43,774 nt of DNA from Candidatus Kaiserbacteria bacterium (GCA_019634005.1 JAHQWD010000001.1:1-43774), one strand, 5' to 3'. Shown: positions 6,611 through 16,714, counted from the first letter of the stretch. Notes: generated by a model not told the origin, from the sequence alone. Program-made: numbers and translations.

Positions 6611-8296
6611 ATGAGTTTTGATCCTGATAAGATCACGTACTTTGCGAAAACTGATGCTCGTGGTCAGCAGAAGCCTTTTGGTATCAAAGCAAAGGATAGA
6701 CAGCGTCATGTCTACGTCATTGGTAAGACAGGAATGGGTAAGTCTACCTTGCTTGAGAATATGGCGGTGCAAGATATAAAGAACGGGGAAGGACTCGCTT
6801 TTATTGACCCTCATGGTTCTACCGCAGAAACACTTCTTGATTTCATTCCAGAAGAACGCGTAAAGGACGTATTATATTTCGCTCCATTTGATATGGAACA
6901 TCCAATATCCTTCAATATTATGGAGGATGTAGGGCCAGACAAACGACACCTCGTTGTATCTGGACTGATGTCTGTGTTTGAGAAAATCTGGGTGGATGCA
7001 TGGTCTGCACGTATGGCATACATTCTCCAGAATACGCTTATGGCACTTCTGGAGTATCCAGACTCTACGCTTCTTGGGGTAAACCGTATGCTCTCAGATA
7101 AAAAATATCGAGAGAAGGTGGTAGACAATGTCAAAGATCCTGGCGTGAAGTCTTTCTGGGTAGACGAGTTTGCAAAATACAATGAGCGATACATGCAAGA
7201 AGCAGGAGACGCGATTAAGAACAAGATCGGACAGTTTACCGCCAATCCAGTGATTCGAAATATTATTGGACAACCACACTCCAGTTTTGATATCCGTGAC
7301 ATCATGGACAACAAAAAGATCCTTATTATGAATCTCTCAAAGGGCCTGATTGGAGAGACGAATGCGAACCTTCTGGGGTCGATGCTCACCACACGTATCT
7401 ACCTTGCTGCAATGAGTCGTGCAGACCTTTCACCGCAGGAAATGAAAGAGATGCCAAACTTCTATTTCTATGTAGACGAGTTCCAGTCGTTTGCGAACTC
7501 TACATTTGCCAACATTCTCTCTGAGGCGCGTAAGTATAAGTTGAACCTCACTATCGCACATCAATATGTGGAGCAAATGGAAGAAGAGGTGCGGAATGCA
7601 GTATTTGGAAACGTAGGAACGGTCATTGCATTCCGTGTTGGTCCATTTGATGCAGAAGTATTGGAGGCAATCTTTGCGCCAGAGTTTACCGCAACGGACC
7701 TGGTGAATCTGGGGTTTGCACAAATATACCTCACGCTTATGATCGACGGTATTGGGTCACGTCCATTTTCTGCGGTAACTCTACCTCCAATTGAGGCGGG
7801 GCATACGTCATGCAAAGAGATGGTTATTCGATCGAGTCAAAAGAACTTTGGTTCTGAACGTACACAGGTTGAAGAGATGGTTAATGCGTTCCACGAACAG
7901 AATCGTACACCACCAAAGCCGCCAAAAGAAAAGAAAAGGCCAACACGGAAGCCAGAAGGAGGATTCCAGCCACCACTTCGGAAGAAGGAAGAAAAGGATG
8001 TCAATGATCTTCGTAATGTGTTGAAGATCATCACAAAGACGCCTGGCGGTGGACAGCAAAAGAAAGAAGCCCCAAAGCCACCAGCAAAAAAAACAGAAGA
8101 TCTGAAAGCGGCACTTGCGGGGGTGATGAAGGAGGCCCCAAAGCCTGAGCAGAAACACACTCCGCCTGCACAAAAACAGAAGGTGCCCCGACAGCAAAAG
8201 AAGCCAATACCAAAACAGAAAGAAGAGTCTGTGTCAGCAAAGAATCTTGAACGCATGATGCGAGTGACCACACAGGATAAGCCACCGATGACATAG
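6611..8296 (+). CDS. VirD4/TraD-like type IV coupling-protein family ATPase
   Basis: RHVYVIGKTGMGKS (Walker A), FIDPHG, FYFYVDEFQSF (Walker B), ILSEARKYKLNLTIAHQY, AVFGNVGT motifs, plus a low-complexity C-terminal tail. Confidence 0.85.
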   Translation: MSFDPDKITYFAKTDARGQQKPFGIKAKDRQRHVYVIGKTGMGKSTLLENMAVQDIKNGEGLAFIDPHGSTAETLLDFIPEERVKDVLYFAPFDMEHPISFNIMEDVGPDKRHLVVSGLMSVFEKIWVDAWSARMAYILQNTLMALLEYPDSTLLGVNRMLSDKKYREKVVDNVKDPGVKSFWVDEFAKYNERYMQEAGDAIKNKIGQFTANPVIRNIIGQPHSSFDIRDIMDNKKILIMNLSKGLIGETNANLLGSMLTTRIYLAAMSRADLSPQEMKEMPNFYFYVDEFQSFANSTFANILSEARKYKLNLTIAHQYVEQMEEEVRNAVFGNVGTVIAFRVGPFDAEVLEAIFAPEFTATDLVNLGFAQIYLTLMIDGIGSRPFSAVTLPPIEAGHTSCKEMVIRSSQKNFGSERTQVEEMVNAFHEQNRTPPKPPKEKKRPTRKPEGGFQPPLRKKEEKDVNDLRNVLKIITKTPGGGQQKKEAPKPPAKKTEDLKAALAGVMKEAPKPEQKHTPPAQKQKVPRQQKKPIPKQKEESVSAKNLERMMRVTTQDKPPMT

Positions 8297-8299
8297 CCT

Positions 8300-9298
8300 A
8301 TGCGACTGGTGGTGCTCTATGTTCTTTTGTGTGTTCCATCCGTGCTCTCTGCAGAAACGTTGGTTAATATCAACACCGCGTCAGCAGAAGAACTGGAGAC
8401 ACTTCCAGGTATCGGGAGTGCCTATGCAACACGTATCATTGAGTACAGGTCCGATGCACCGTTTCAGACTATTGAAGACATACAAAATGTAAGCGGGATA
8501 GGACCTGCAACATTTGCAAAAATTGAAGACCACATTACTGTCGATGGTGAGAAAGAGTCCGACACAAAAGAGACGACGACACCTTCAAAGAGTGTCCGTG
8601 TAAAAGAGACATACAATGAGGAGATAGTCGTTGATGCACCAGCGGTAACCTTCGTACATCAAGAGGTGTCATTTGATGTGTCTACGCATATGAGTGGCAG
8701 ACTTGTTCGGTATGCATGGAACTTTGGAGACCTATCATCTGGTGAAGGAAGGGCTCCCACACACCGTTTTGAGTACCCAGGAGAATATGTGGTAATTGTG
8801 GAAGGGAGGTATCAAGGAGAAGATTTCTCGGCACGCCATGAGATAGTGGTCCTTCCAGTTGCGTTTTCTATCACGCGTTCTCCTGAGGGAGACATACAGA
8901 TACACAATGATGCGTCGGAGGAAGTGGACATAAGTCACTTTATTCTCTCAGAGGTAGATGCAGTCGTTATTCCCAAGGGGACGACACTACTTCCGCACGC
9001 GACACTGACTGTTCCAAGAGAGAAGGTTGAAACGGGAGGAACCTATGGTATACCGAGACTCTATGATGCTATTGGAACACTGGTGGCAACATATGATCCT
9101 CAGTACGTTGCTCCAGAAAGCGATATAGTTCCTGTTGATGTTGAGAGCCAGCAAGCCTCAGCCATTGAGGCGGTTGAGGAGTCGGGAAGTAATCTTGCGT
9201 ACATAGGCCTTGCATCGGTGCTTGCCATAGGCATTCTCGGTGTCTATACCAGGCGAAGAGAATCCCCATATATTGAAGATATAGAGAAAAGCGTATAG
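8300..9298 (+). CDS. ComEA-like helix-hairpin-helix DNA-binding protein with PKD domain and C-terminal membrane anchor
   Basis: Signal peptide; VNINTASAEELETLPGIG and IQNVSGIGP HhH motifs; PKD signature YAWNFGD...THRFEYPGEY; C-terminal TM followed by RRR. Confidence 0.85.
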   Translation: MRLVVLYVLLCVPSVLSAETLVNINTASAEELETLPGIGSAYATRIIEYRSDAPFQTIEDIQNVSGIGPATFAKIEDHITVDGEKESDTKETTTPSKSVRVKETYNEEIVVDAPAVTFVHQEVSFDVSTHMSGRLVRYAWNFGDLSSGEGRAPTHRFEYPGEYVVIVEGRYQGEDFSARHEIVVLPVAFSITRSPEGDIQIHNDASEEVDISHFILSEVDAVVIPKGTTLLPHATLTVPREKVETGGTYGIPRLYDAIGTLVATYDPQYVAPESDIVPVDVESQQASAIEAVEESGSNLAYIGLASVLAIGILGVYTRRRESPYIEDIEKSV

Positions 9299-9308
9299 TA
9301 TGACTGCT

Positions 9309-10184
9309 ATGGATCAAAAACTCATAGTGGTGACAGGTGGAGCCGGATTTATCGGTTCCCATTTATGTGAGCGTCTCACCAAAGAAGGACATACGGTGAT
9401 TTCTCTTGATAACTATTTCACGGGGACAGAGAAGAATCACGTAGAGGGGGTAGAGTACAGAAAGGGACATACGAAAGATATCGAAAAGCATATTCCTGAG
9501 ACACCAGACTTGGTATATCACCTTGGAGAGTATCCTCGAGTGGCACCAAGTATCAATGAGCCAGAGAAAGTGTGGGATCTCAACATTGCAGGAACGTTGG
9601 GGGTCTTGGAATTTTGGCGTAAGAAAGGTGGCAAACTTGTCTATGCTGGATCGTCTACCAAGTTTGCAGATGATCGTGAGGATGGCGTGGAGGGGAAAAA
9701 TCGCTCACCATATTCTTGGGCAAAGGCAGCGAATAGTGAATTGGTCGCTAATTATGGGAATTGGTATGATCTTGAGTATTCCATCGCATACTTCTATAAC
9801 GTCTATGGTCCTCGAGAGCGTGCAGGACAGTATGACGGTTCTTATGGAACGATCATTGAGACATTCAGACAGTGTCATCTTGGTGACAAGGCCTGTACGA
9901 TAAACGGAACAGGGGAGCAGACACGAGCATTTACACATATAGATGATACTGTGGACGGACTTGTACTTATCGGACAAAAAGGTGGACGAGACGAGTACGG
10001 TATTGGTGCGAAGGAAGTATACTCTCTTCTCGATGTTGCAAAGATGTATGGGCTAGAGATAGAGTTTGCGCCAGCCACAAAGGTGACTCGTTCTTCAGGA
10101 TCTACCGACACGACCAAACTAGAGCTTCTTGGTTGGGAACAGAAACACACATTAGAAGAATATATTAACGAGTGTAAGAAGTAG
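9309..10184 (+). CDS. NAD-dependent epimerase/dehydratase (extended SDR)
   Basis: [18 protein letters not shown], catalytic YSWAK (YxxxK), [16 protein letters not shown] motifs. Start may be 9300 or 9309. Confidence 0.9.
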   Translation: MDQKLIVVTGGAGFIGSHLCERLTKEGHTVISLDNYFTGTEKNHVEGVEYRKGHTKDIEKHIPETPDLVYHLGEYPRVAPSINEPEKVWDLNIAGTLGVLEFWRKKGGKLVYAGSSTKFADDREDGVEGKNRSPYSWAKAANSELVANYGNWYDLEYSIAYFYNVYGPRERAGQYDGSYGTIIETFRQCHLGDKACTINGTGEQTRAFTHIDDTVDGLVLIGQKGGRDEYGIGAKEVYSLLDVAKMYGLEIEFAPATKVTRSSGSTDTTKLELLGWEQKHTLEEYINECKK

Positions 10185-10185
10185 T

Positions 10186-11334
10186 ATGAAAAAGATTCTT
10201 ATATTCTCACTTGCGTATTATCCACGGTTTACGAGCGGCGCAGAAGCTGCAATTCGAGAAATTACCGATCGTATTGAAGACATTGAGTTCCATATGATTA
10301 CCCTTCGTTTTGGTAGAGAGGATGTTGTGTACGAGAAAGTAAGTAATGTGCATGTGCATCGTGTCGGCTTCGGTTCACTCTATGTGAATAAAGTATTGTT
10401 TCCTCTACTTGCGGCATTGAAAGGAATATCACTTCATAAGAAACATAAATTTGATGCATTGTGGGCGATGATGACATACATGCTTCTTCCTGTTGCGTTA
10501 ATGAGAGTGTTTGGTACACGTGTTCCGCACGTACTGACACTTCAGGATGGTGACCCATATGACAAAGTGTTTGAGCGATGGTTTATCCGCCCTGTTGTAC
10601 CACTCCTGAATCTTGGGTTTCGAACAGCAAAGGTGATCCAGGTTATATCAACCTTCCTTGGCACATGGCCAAAGAAACGGGAGTACACTGGTCCTGTTGA
10701 GCTTATTTATAACGGGGCAAACCCGAAAGACCTACATCCTGAAGACGTTACTAAAGAGATAAAAGTACTCCACGAGAAATGGAATAAAAAAGAGGGAGAT
10801 ATTTGGTTGGTAAATACGGCTCGTCTTGTCTACCAGAAAGCGTTTGATGATGTCATTCGTGCACTCCCAGATCTCCCAGAGAATGTGAAGTTCCTTATCG
10901 TAGGGAGTGGAGAAGATAGAGAAATGCTTGAAGACCTTGCAAAAGAGCTTGGTGTAGACGAACGGGTTATGTTTACAGGACAGATCGATCGTTCGGAGGT
11001 GACACTCTACCGTCGTGCGTCAGATATTTTTGTTATGCCGAGTCGTTCAGAGGGACTGGGCAATGCTGGGCTTTCTGCAATGGCGTCACGTCTCCCTATG
11101 ATCGCAACACGAGAGGGTGGACTTGCAGAGTACGTTGTTGACGGAGAGACGGGGTGGGTGGTTAAAAAGGATTCACCAGAAGACATTGCTCGAGCAATTC
11201 AAGATGTGCTCAATAACCCAGAGAAAGTAGAAAAAATTACAGAGAGCGCCAGAAAAATGGTGCTTGAGAAATATGATTGGGATAAAGTAGCAGAACAGAT
11301 GCGGGAGCGTGTGTTTGCGAAAGTACTTGATTAG
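10186..11334 (+). CDS. Glycosyltransferase family 4
   Basis: SGAEAAI N-terminal motif; FVMPSRSEGLGNAGLSAMASRLPMIAT; DGETG; YDW C-terminus. Confidence 0.92.
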   Translation: MKKILIFSLAYYPRFTSGAEAAIREITDRIEDIEFHMITLRFGREDVVYEKVSNVHVHRVGFGSLYVNKVLFPLLAALKGISLHKKHKFDALWAMMTYMLLPVALMRVFGTRVPHVLTLQDGDPYDKVFERWFIRPVVPLLNLGFRTAKVIQVISTFLGTWPKKREYTGPVELIYNGANPKDLHPEDVTKEIKVLHEKWNKKEGDIWLVNTARLVYQKAFDDVIRALPDLPENVKFLIVGSGEDREMLEDLAKELGVDERVMFTGQIDRSEVTLYRRASDIFVMPSRSEGLGNAGLSAMASRLPMIATREGGLAEYVVDGETGWVVKKDSPEDIARAIQDVLNNPEKVEKITESARKMVLEKYDWDKVAEQMRERVFAKVLD

Positions 11335-11355
11335 GTTTGCTTTTTATTATATATT
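11327..11355 (+). promoter_or_regulatory. Sigma70-like promoter of the cupin gene
   Basis: TTGATT (11327-11332), 17-nt spacer, TATATT (11350-11355). Confidence 0.55.
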
Positions 11356-11377
11356 CCTGTCGAACGTACATTACTGA

Positions 11378-11851
11378 ATGGAGGGCATAGTGCCTAAAGA
11401 AATTTCTCTTGAAGAAGCAAAAGACCTGGGTTTTCAGGTTGGTTGCAAACGTATGGGCAATGGCGAGATTAGGGTTCGTCTGATGCGTGGTACAGAGCGC
11501 GGAAGCTCTGGCTACATTGCTACCGTTATGCCAGATGACGACTGCGGTTGGCAAAACAGCCATCACCACAAAGGTGTGCAGGAAACATACATCGTGCAGT
11601 CTGGCTGGATCGGATATGCAATCCTGATGCCGGACAATTCGGCAAAATTCTTTATTTATCGGGCAGGTCAAGTGTTCACCACGCAGGTCGGCGAAGTACA
11701 CAACGTGTATATGCCGTGCGGTGCTTTCATTCACACCGTGAAGCATGGCGACTGCTCACAACAGCATGACTGGGTCGGTTCGGAAGAACTCGACAAGCTG
11801 ACACAACATGTGGATGAGGAAGAACTCCACTTTCTTGCTTCCGAGCAATGA
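11378..11851 (+). CDS. Cupin-fold protein
   Basis: Two-motif metal-binding pattern QNSHHHKGVQETY ... GEVHNVYMP in a 157-aa beta-rich protein. Confidence 0.7.
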   Translation: MEGIVPKEISLEEAKDLGFQVGCKRMGNGEIRVRLMRGTERGSSGYIATVMPDDDCGWQNSHHHKGVQETYIVQSGWIGYAILMPDNSAKFFIYRAGQVFTTQVGEVHNVYMPCGAFIHTVKHGDCSQQHDWVGSEELDKLTQHVDEEELHFLASEQ

Positions 11852-11886
11852 AAAAAGGACGTGGCTTGCGAGCCGCGTCCATTTTT
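11851..11886. terminator. Bidirectional terminator
   Basis: AAAAAA-GGACGTGGCT-TGCG-AGCCGCGTCC-ATTTTT between convergent genes. Confidence 0.85.
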
Positions 11887-12982
11887 AATGTAATCCAATC
11901 TGTCGCTTCTTTTCGTCTGTACTTCGAAGGACATCTCGCTTTGTCATATACGTGGTGCGCACATCTTCAGGGAGTTCTTCCTTCTCCAAAGTGTGGGCCA
12001 ACACCTCTGCCCAGAAATGCACACGCGCTGTGTTGAGTTCCTTCAAATCCCCAGAGCTCTTCGGGAGTGTATTGGTGTAGTAGAGCATGAGTTCCGTAAG
12101 ACGATAAAGACGCATGAGCCAGAGCGCAGTTGACTCCTCCTCTGTTCGGTTATCTTTCACGTACTGTGTAAGAAGTTGAGCCAGTTCTGGGTTATACAGT
12201 GTCATGAAGTTAATGAATCGTGCCCAACCTTCGTATTTGTTTCCAAAACGAAGCGAAGAATGATCAAGAAGATAGACGGTGCCGTCTTTTACTCTGAAAT
12301 TATGTGGTACAAGATCCGTGTGTGTGAGGAACTGTCCATAGCGTTCAATAGTTGTCTTGTGTGAACTGAGCACCTCCGCCACTTGTTGGAGTAATGAGGT
12401 GTACTCAGGGAATGTTTTAAGAATGTCCCTTCTAAATCCATTGAAAGAGGTAAGATAGTCATCTGCATTTCTGGCCTCAAATGTTTTTTTGATAAGTCGT
12501 AAGTGACTGAACGTAGTCGCGCGAGCACCTTCCTGTGCCTTGAAAGCTGTCAGTGCTAACGTGAACTGTTCCTCAAGAGGACGTTCGATGAACATTGACG
12601 GCTGTTCAATATATTCCTGAATAAAGATGACGTACTCACTAGTCTTTTTAAAGAAGCACTCTTTAGGAGAAGCAAAGGTGCCATAGGCGAATTGTAATTC
12701 CTCAAGGACGCTGCGGCACAGTCTTTCGTGAAGTATCTCACGCATACCACCCTTGTCTCTGGTTACTTTGATCACGACACGAGTACCGCGGGTATTTTTC
12801 CCAAGGAGAATGAGTTTTGTACCACTCTCTGTAGTGACCGCGTGCATAAGATATCTCTCTCCATAGATATGCGGCTGCTCTGTATCAAGTGTGTATCCGA
12901 GTTTTTTAAGTAGGGGGGTGAAATATGCACATTCCTTCTCTCGGTATTGCTCCCAGTATGCTTTTTGTGTCACGGTGGTCAT
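11885..12982 (-). CDS. APH/choline-kinase-like phosphotransferase
   Basis: VVIK lysine, catalytic HTDLVPHN (HxDxxxxN) and YLLDH metal-binding motif. Start set at ATG 12982, which overlaps the upstream stop (ATGA). Confidence 0.75.
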   Translation of the reverse strand: MTTVTQKAYWEQYREKECAYFTPLLKKLGYTLDTEQPHIYGERYLMHAVTTESGTKLILLGKNTRGTRVVIKVTRDKGGMREILHERLCRSVLEELQFAYGTFASPKECFFKKTSEYVIFIQEYIEQPSMFIERPLEEQFTLALTAFKAQEGARATTFSHLRLIKKTFEARNADDYLTSFNGFRRDILKTFPEYTSLLQQVAEVLSSHKTTIERYGQFLTHTDLVPHNFRVKDGTVYLLDHSSLRFGNKYEGWARFINFMTLYNPELAQLLTQYVKDNRTEEESTALWLMRLYRLTELMLYYTNTLPKSSGDLKELNTARVHFWAEVLAHTLEKEELPEDVRTTYMTKRDVLRSTDEKKRQIGLH

Positions 12983-13485
12983 ACAAGTGATTCTAGATGT
13001 TTTTTCCAATCCTCCTCATACCGCTTGAATGCTTCAGCGGGGTATTCTTCAAAAGGGAGCACCTCGGGGCGAATAAGTGAGAGATTCGCGTATGAAATAT
13101 CTTTTGAAGAAGTCTGCTGCAGCGTACGGCCAAAAGAGGTGAGTGGAGCAGTGGTGTCAAATGGAAGAAAGACGTGTGGAATCCTTCGTAGTTTTGTTGC
13201 AAAGAATACAGGCACTTCCACCGAACGCCCATTTATTATATAGAGCATATCGTGTTTTCGCAGTTCCCGAAGGAGTGTTTTGAAAAAAGAGAAGAGACGC
13301 ATAACAATTGGTTTCCTCTTATCTACGCAGCAGGTTTCCACGTTCGAAAGTTCCTCGGGGAGATGGCCGTACAGTACAACGGTGACCTTGTGCTGGTCAC
13401 TAAGGCGTTTCGCAAGTTCCTTCACATATTGCGCTGTTTCTGCCGTATCTGGTGGATAGAGCGGGGTTACAATGAGTATTCGCAT
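12979..13485 (-). CDS. Glycosyltransferase GT4 N-terminal domain only, 168 aa
   Basis: MRILIVTPLYPPDTAETAQYVKELAKRL..HKVTVV resembles the N-terminus of the divergent GT at 13549; the C-terminal donor-binding domain is absent. Start at ATG 13485 with TG-C-TATACT 8 nt upstream. Confidence 0.65.
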   Translation of the reverse strand: MRILIVTPLYPPDTAETAQYVKELAKRLSDQHKVTVVLYGHLPEELSNVETCCVDKRKPIVMRLFSFFKTLLRELRKHDMLYIINGRSVEVPVFFATKLRRIPHVFLPFDTTAPLTSFGRTLQQTSSKDISYANLSLIRPEVLPFEEYPAEAFKRYEEDWKKHLESLV

Positions 13486-13548
13486 TGCTTTTGAGTATAG
13501 CACTTTGTAAGGCGGGTATACATATGAAGTTTCTGCTATCATAAACCA

Positions 13549-14670
13549 ATGCATATCCTTATAACGACGGGGATTTTTGAACCAGAATCTGGGGGTCCAG
13601 CAACATATACGCCTCGCATTGCCGAGAAGTTGGTTTCGGCGGGTCATACGGTGACAGTTGTCACGTATGCGGATAGGTCAGAATATGACTTCGATGGAGA
13701 CTATCCATTTCGCCTCATACGTGTTGTGAGAAAAAAGGGGAAGTTGCTCAATTACCTCCGCTTCCTTAAGGTAATCCTCCCCTATGTGAGAGAAGTGGAT
13801 TTTGTGTATTCATTAGACTGGCTTGCCGCAGGACTTCCGGTGGCGTTGGCAACAAAGATATATCGAAAGAAATACGTTGTTCGTGTCGGTGGGGGATATA
13901 TCTGGGAGAAATATCTTGAGGGGGGCAGTCTACCGATGTCACTCAAAGAGTTTTACCGTAGAGGACTACATCGAAAGTACCTTGTATTGTTCTCTCTGAT
14001 ACGCTTTGTGCTTCGTGGTGCGGCACATGTCATTTTTAATACAAAAGATCAGGCACGGTTGTTCGGTCCTGCGTACAAATTGAGAAAGAGTTCGGTATCA
14101 GTTATTGAAAACCCTGTGCTAGAGGTTGAGGAAGGAATTACTCGGACAGAGGCAACAAAGGAGATTATCTTTGCAGGGCGTCTCATTGTGATGAAAAATG
14201 TGGAGTCTCTCATTCTTGCATTTAAACGGGCGCAACTAAAAGGGTATACGCTGAGTATTATTGGTGACGGACCACGTAAAGAACACCTCCGCGAACTTAT
14301 TGCTAAACTTGGTCTAGAAGATGTTGTGCATCTTGAGGAGCCACTGCGGCAGAAGGATTTGTACGAACGCATAAAAAACTGTGCGTTTGTAGTGATTCCA
14401 AGTTGGACAGATATTTCACCGAATCAGGCGTATGAACTCTTGGCATATAAGATTCCGTTTGTGATTACCAAAGAAAATTACCTCAGTATCAGAGATCAGT
14501 TTCCTGTTACCATTGACCCGCACAGCGTGCAGGATATGATGCAGAAACTCCAGAAAGTGACAAAACCAGGGGCGTATAGATCATTCGTCTCTGCTTGCGC
14601 TGCTCTTCAGTATGTGCACACTTGGGACGATGTGCTTGAAGAACATCTCGCTGTTTTTGAGACACTATGA
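13549..14670 (+). CDS. Glycosyltransferase family 4
   Basis: ITTGIFEPESGGPATY, IFAGRLI..KN, IGDGP, VIPSWTDISPNQAYE motifs. Confidence 0.9.
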   Translation: MHILITTGIFEPESGGPATYTPRIAEKLVSAGHTVTVVTYADRSEYDFDGDYPFRLIRVVRKKGKLLNYLRFLKVILPYVREVDFVYSLDWLAAGLPVALATKIYRKKYVVRVGGGYIWEKYLEGGSLPMSLKEFYRRGLHRKYLVLFSLIRFVLRGAAHVIFNTKDQARLFGPAYKLRKSSVSVIENPVLEVEEGITRTEATKEIIFAGRLIVMKNVESLILAFKRAQLKGYTLSIIGDGPRKEHLRELIAKLGLEDVVHLEEPLRQKDLYERIKNCAFVVIPSWTDISPNQAYELLAYKIPFVITKENYLSIRDQFPVTIDPHSVQDMMQKLQKVTKPGAYRSFVSACAALQYVHTWDDVLEEHLAVFETL

Positions 14671-15698
14671 AATTACTCAGTATAAGTACAGACAGGAAGA
14701 TTTTTGAGGAGGAAAGCGCCGTTCGTGCACGGATGACTACATACGGTGCTTGTTTTGAAGAACTTCACGTCATTGTCTTTGCAAAGAAGCGTCTTGGATT
14801 TGAGAAGACCCAGATTGCAGAGAACGTATGGGCATACCCGACGAACTCTTCGTCTCGGTGGCTGTATATATGGGATGCAATTCGTCTCGCAAGAGATATA
14901 GAGAGTGATGTCATAACCACACAAGATCCATTTGAGACAGGATATGTTGGTATGAAGGTATCAAAAGAGAAGCACATCCCACTTCATGTGCAGGTGCATA
15001 CCGATTTCTTCTCTGCGGGATTTCAGAAACATTCTTTCCTGAATCGTATTCGTCTGGTGATTGCAGAGCGGGTAATTCGCCGTGCAGATCGTATCCGAGT
15101 GGTGTCGGAGCACATACGAAACCGTATTACACGACACTTTAAACCAAAGGCAGAGATATCGATTCTTCCCATCTTCGTTAATATTGAACGATACAGAGAT
15201 CTCGCAAAAGTGTCGCACGAGAAGTTTGAACTTCTTTTTGTCGGACGGTTAGAATCTGAGAAGCGTCCATACTGGGCACTTGCAGCGTTGGAGCATCTGA
15301 GAGAAAAAGGGGTTGATGCCCACCTTACTTTTGTAGGGGGAGGTGCATTGATGAAGGGACTGAAGAGACAAGCGGGAGAGCATGTGACATTTATAGGGTA
15401 TGACGACCCACTACCACACTATGCCAAAGCAGACATGGTACTTGTTCCGTCACTCTATGAAGGGTATGGCATGGTCATGGTTGAGGCGAGTATGACACAG
15501 ATTCCTGTGGTTGCTACGGATGTGGGGGTAGCAAAAGAGATTGGTGTCCATATTGCTCCGCATGACATTGAAGGCTTTAGTGAAACAGTCTGGCAGTGTT
15601 ACTCTGAAAAGTGTCCACCCGCATCCTTCACCTATTTCTATGAGAGTGAAGCAGACTATGTAGAGAAGTGGTGCGATGATATCAAGAAGACGCTATGA
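14667..15698 (+). CDS. Glycosyltransferase family 4
   Basis: LFVGRLESEK, LVPSLYEGYGMVMVEA..TQIPVVATDVG (ExxxxxxxE) motifs. Confidence 0.92.
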   Translation: MKLLSISTDRKIFEEESAVRARMTTYGACFEELHVIVFAKKRLGFEKTQIAENVWAYPTNSSSRWLYIWDAIRLARDIESDVITTQDPFETGYVGMKVSKEKHIPLHVQVHTDFFSAGFQKHSFLNRIRLVIAERVIRRADRIRVVSEHIRNRITRHFKPKAEISILPIFVNIERYRDLAKVSHEKFELLFVGRLESEKRPYWALAALEHLREKGVDAHLTFVGGGALMKGLKRQAGEHVTFIGYDDPLPHYAKADMVLVPSLYEGYGMVMVEASMTQIPVVATDVGVAKEIGVHIAPHDIEGFSETVWQCYSEKCPPASFTYFYESEADYVEKWCDDIKKTL

Positions 15699-16714
15699 AG
15701 TTATTCATTTTGACACAGGCAGTTGATACCAATGACCCAGTACTTGGGTTCTTTCATCGATGGATAGAAGAATTTGCAAAAAACGTAGAGCAGGTAACCG
15801 TCATTTGTCTTAAAGAAGGGTCACATAATCTTCCAGAGAATGTGAAGGTGCTCTCTTTAGGAAAGGAGCGGGGAGTATCTCGTTTGGGATATATCTATAA
15901 TTTCTATACATACATCACACGTGAGCGCGGCAATTATGATGTTGTTTTTGTGCATATGAACCAGATATACGTACTTCTCGGAGGGCTTCTATGGAGATTG
16001 TGGGGCAAGCGTGCCAGTCTCTGGTATGCACATGGGCACGTGCCATTTAGTCTTCGTGTTGCCACACTCTTTGCACACGCCATTGTTACATCGACAGAAA
16101 GTGGTTTCAGAATCCGTACGAAGAAAAAACACGTCGTGGGGCAGGGTATCGATATCAAAAAGTTTGCGCCGAGTGAAAAGAAAGATGATCACCCGTATAC
16201 GATTATCTCCGTTGGGCGTATGTCTCCTGTGAAAGACTACGAGACACTTATTCAGGCAGTTGCATCACTTCCAGACGTTCGCGTGCTTCTGGTGGGTGGC
16301 GCAGATACAAAGGAGCAGGAGGAGTATGTGAAGCGATTAGAGAAACTTGTTGCAGAACAAGGTCTTTCAGACAGAGTCTCGTTTGTCGGAAGCGTTCCAA
16401 ATCACGAAGTCCCGAGACTGCTCTCCGAAAGTGATCTTATGGTGAATACGAGCCACACAGGGAGTTTAGATAAGACTATGCTTGAAGCAATGGCTATGGA
16501 GGTTCCCGTATTCACCTGTAACGAAGCGATGCGAGAAGTGCTTGGGGAATATCAGGATATGTTTCTGTTTCCTAAAAAGGATGTCGCATCACTTGCAGAG
16601 AAGATTCGATCGTATAAAGATGGGGACGAAGACTATGGTGCGCAGATGCGTTCCATTGTGGCAGAGCACCATACGGTAGAGGGACTCATAAAAAAGATAC
16701 TGAAGTATGTCTAA
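15695..16714 (+). CDS. Glycosyltransferase family 4
   Basis: GQGID, ISVGRMSPVKDYETLI, NTSHTGSLDKTMLEAMA motifs. Confidence 0.9.
   Translation: MKLFILTQAVDTNDPVLGFFHRWIEEFAKNVEQVTVICLKEGSHNLPENVKVLSLGKERGVSRLGYIYNFYTYITRERGNYDVVFVHMNQIYVLLGGLLWRLWGKRASLWYAHGHVPFSLRVATLFAHAIVTSTESGFRIRTKKKHVVGQGIDIKKFAPSEKKDDHPYTIISVGRMSPVKDYETLIQAVASLPDVRVLLVGGADTKEQEEYVKRLEKLVAEQGLSDRVSFVGSVPNHEVPRLLSESDLMVNTSHTGSLDKTMLEAMAMEVPVFTCNEAMREVLGEYQDMFLFPKKDVASLAEKIRSYKDGDEDYGAQMRSIVAEHHTVEGLIKKILKYV

Noticed and set aside
6611-8296. Conjugative element or ICE suggested by the VirD4-like gene
   Set aside because: No relaxase, VirB4, integrase or att-like repeats are visible, and the gene sits among housekeeping and envelope genes.
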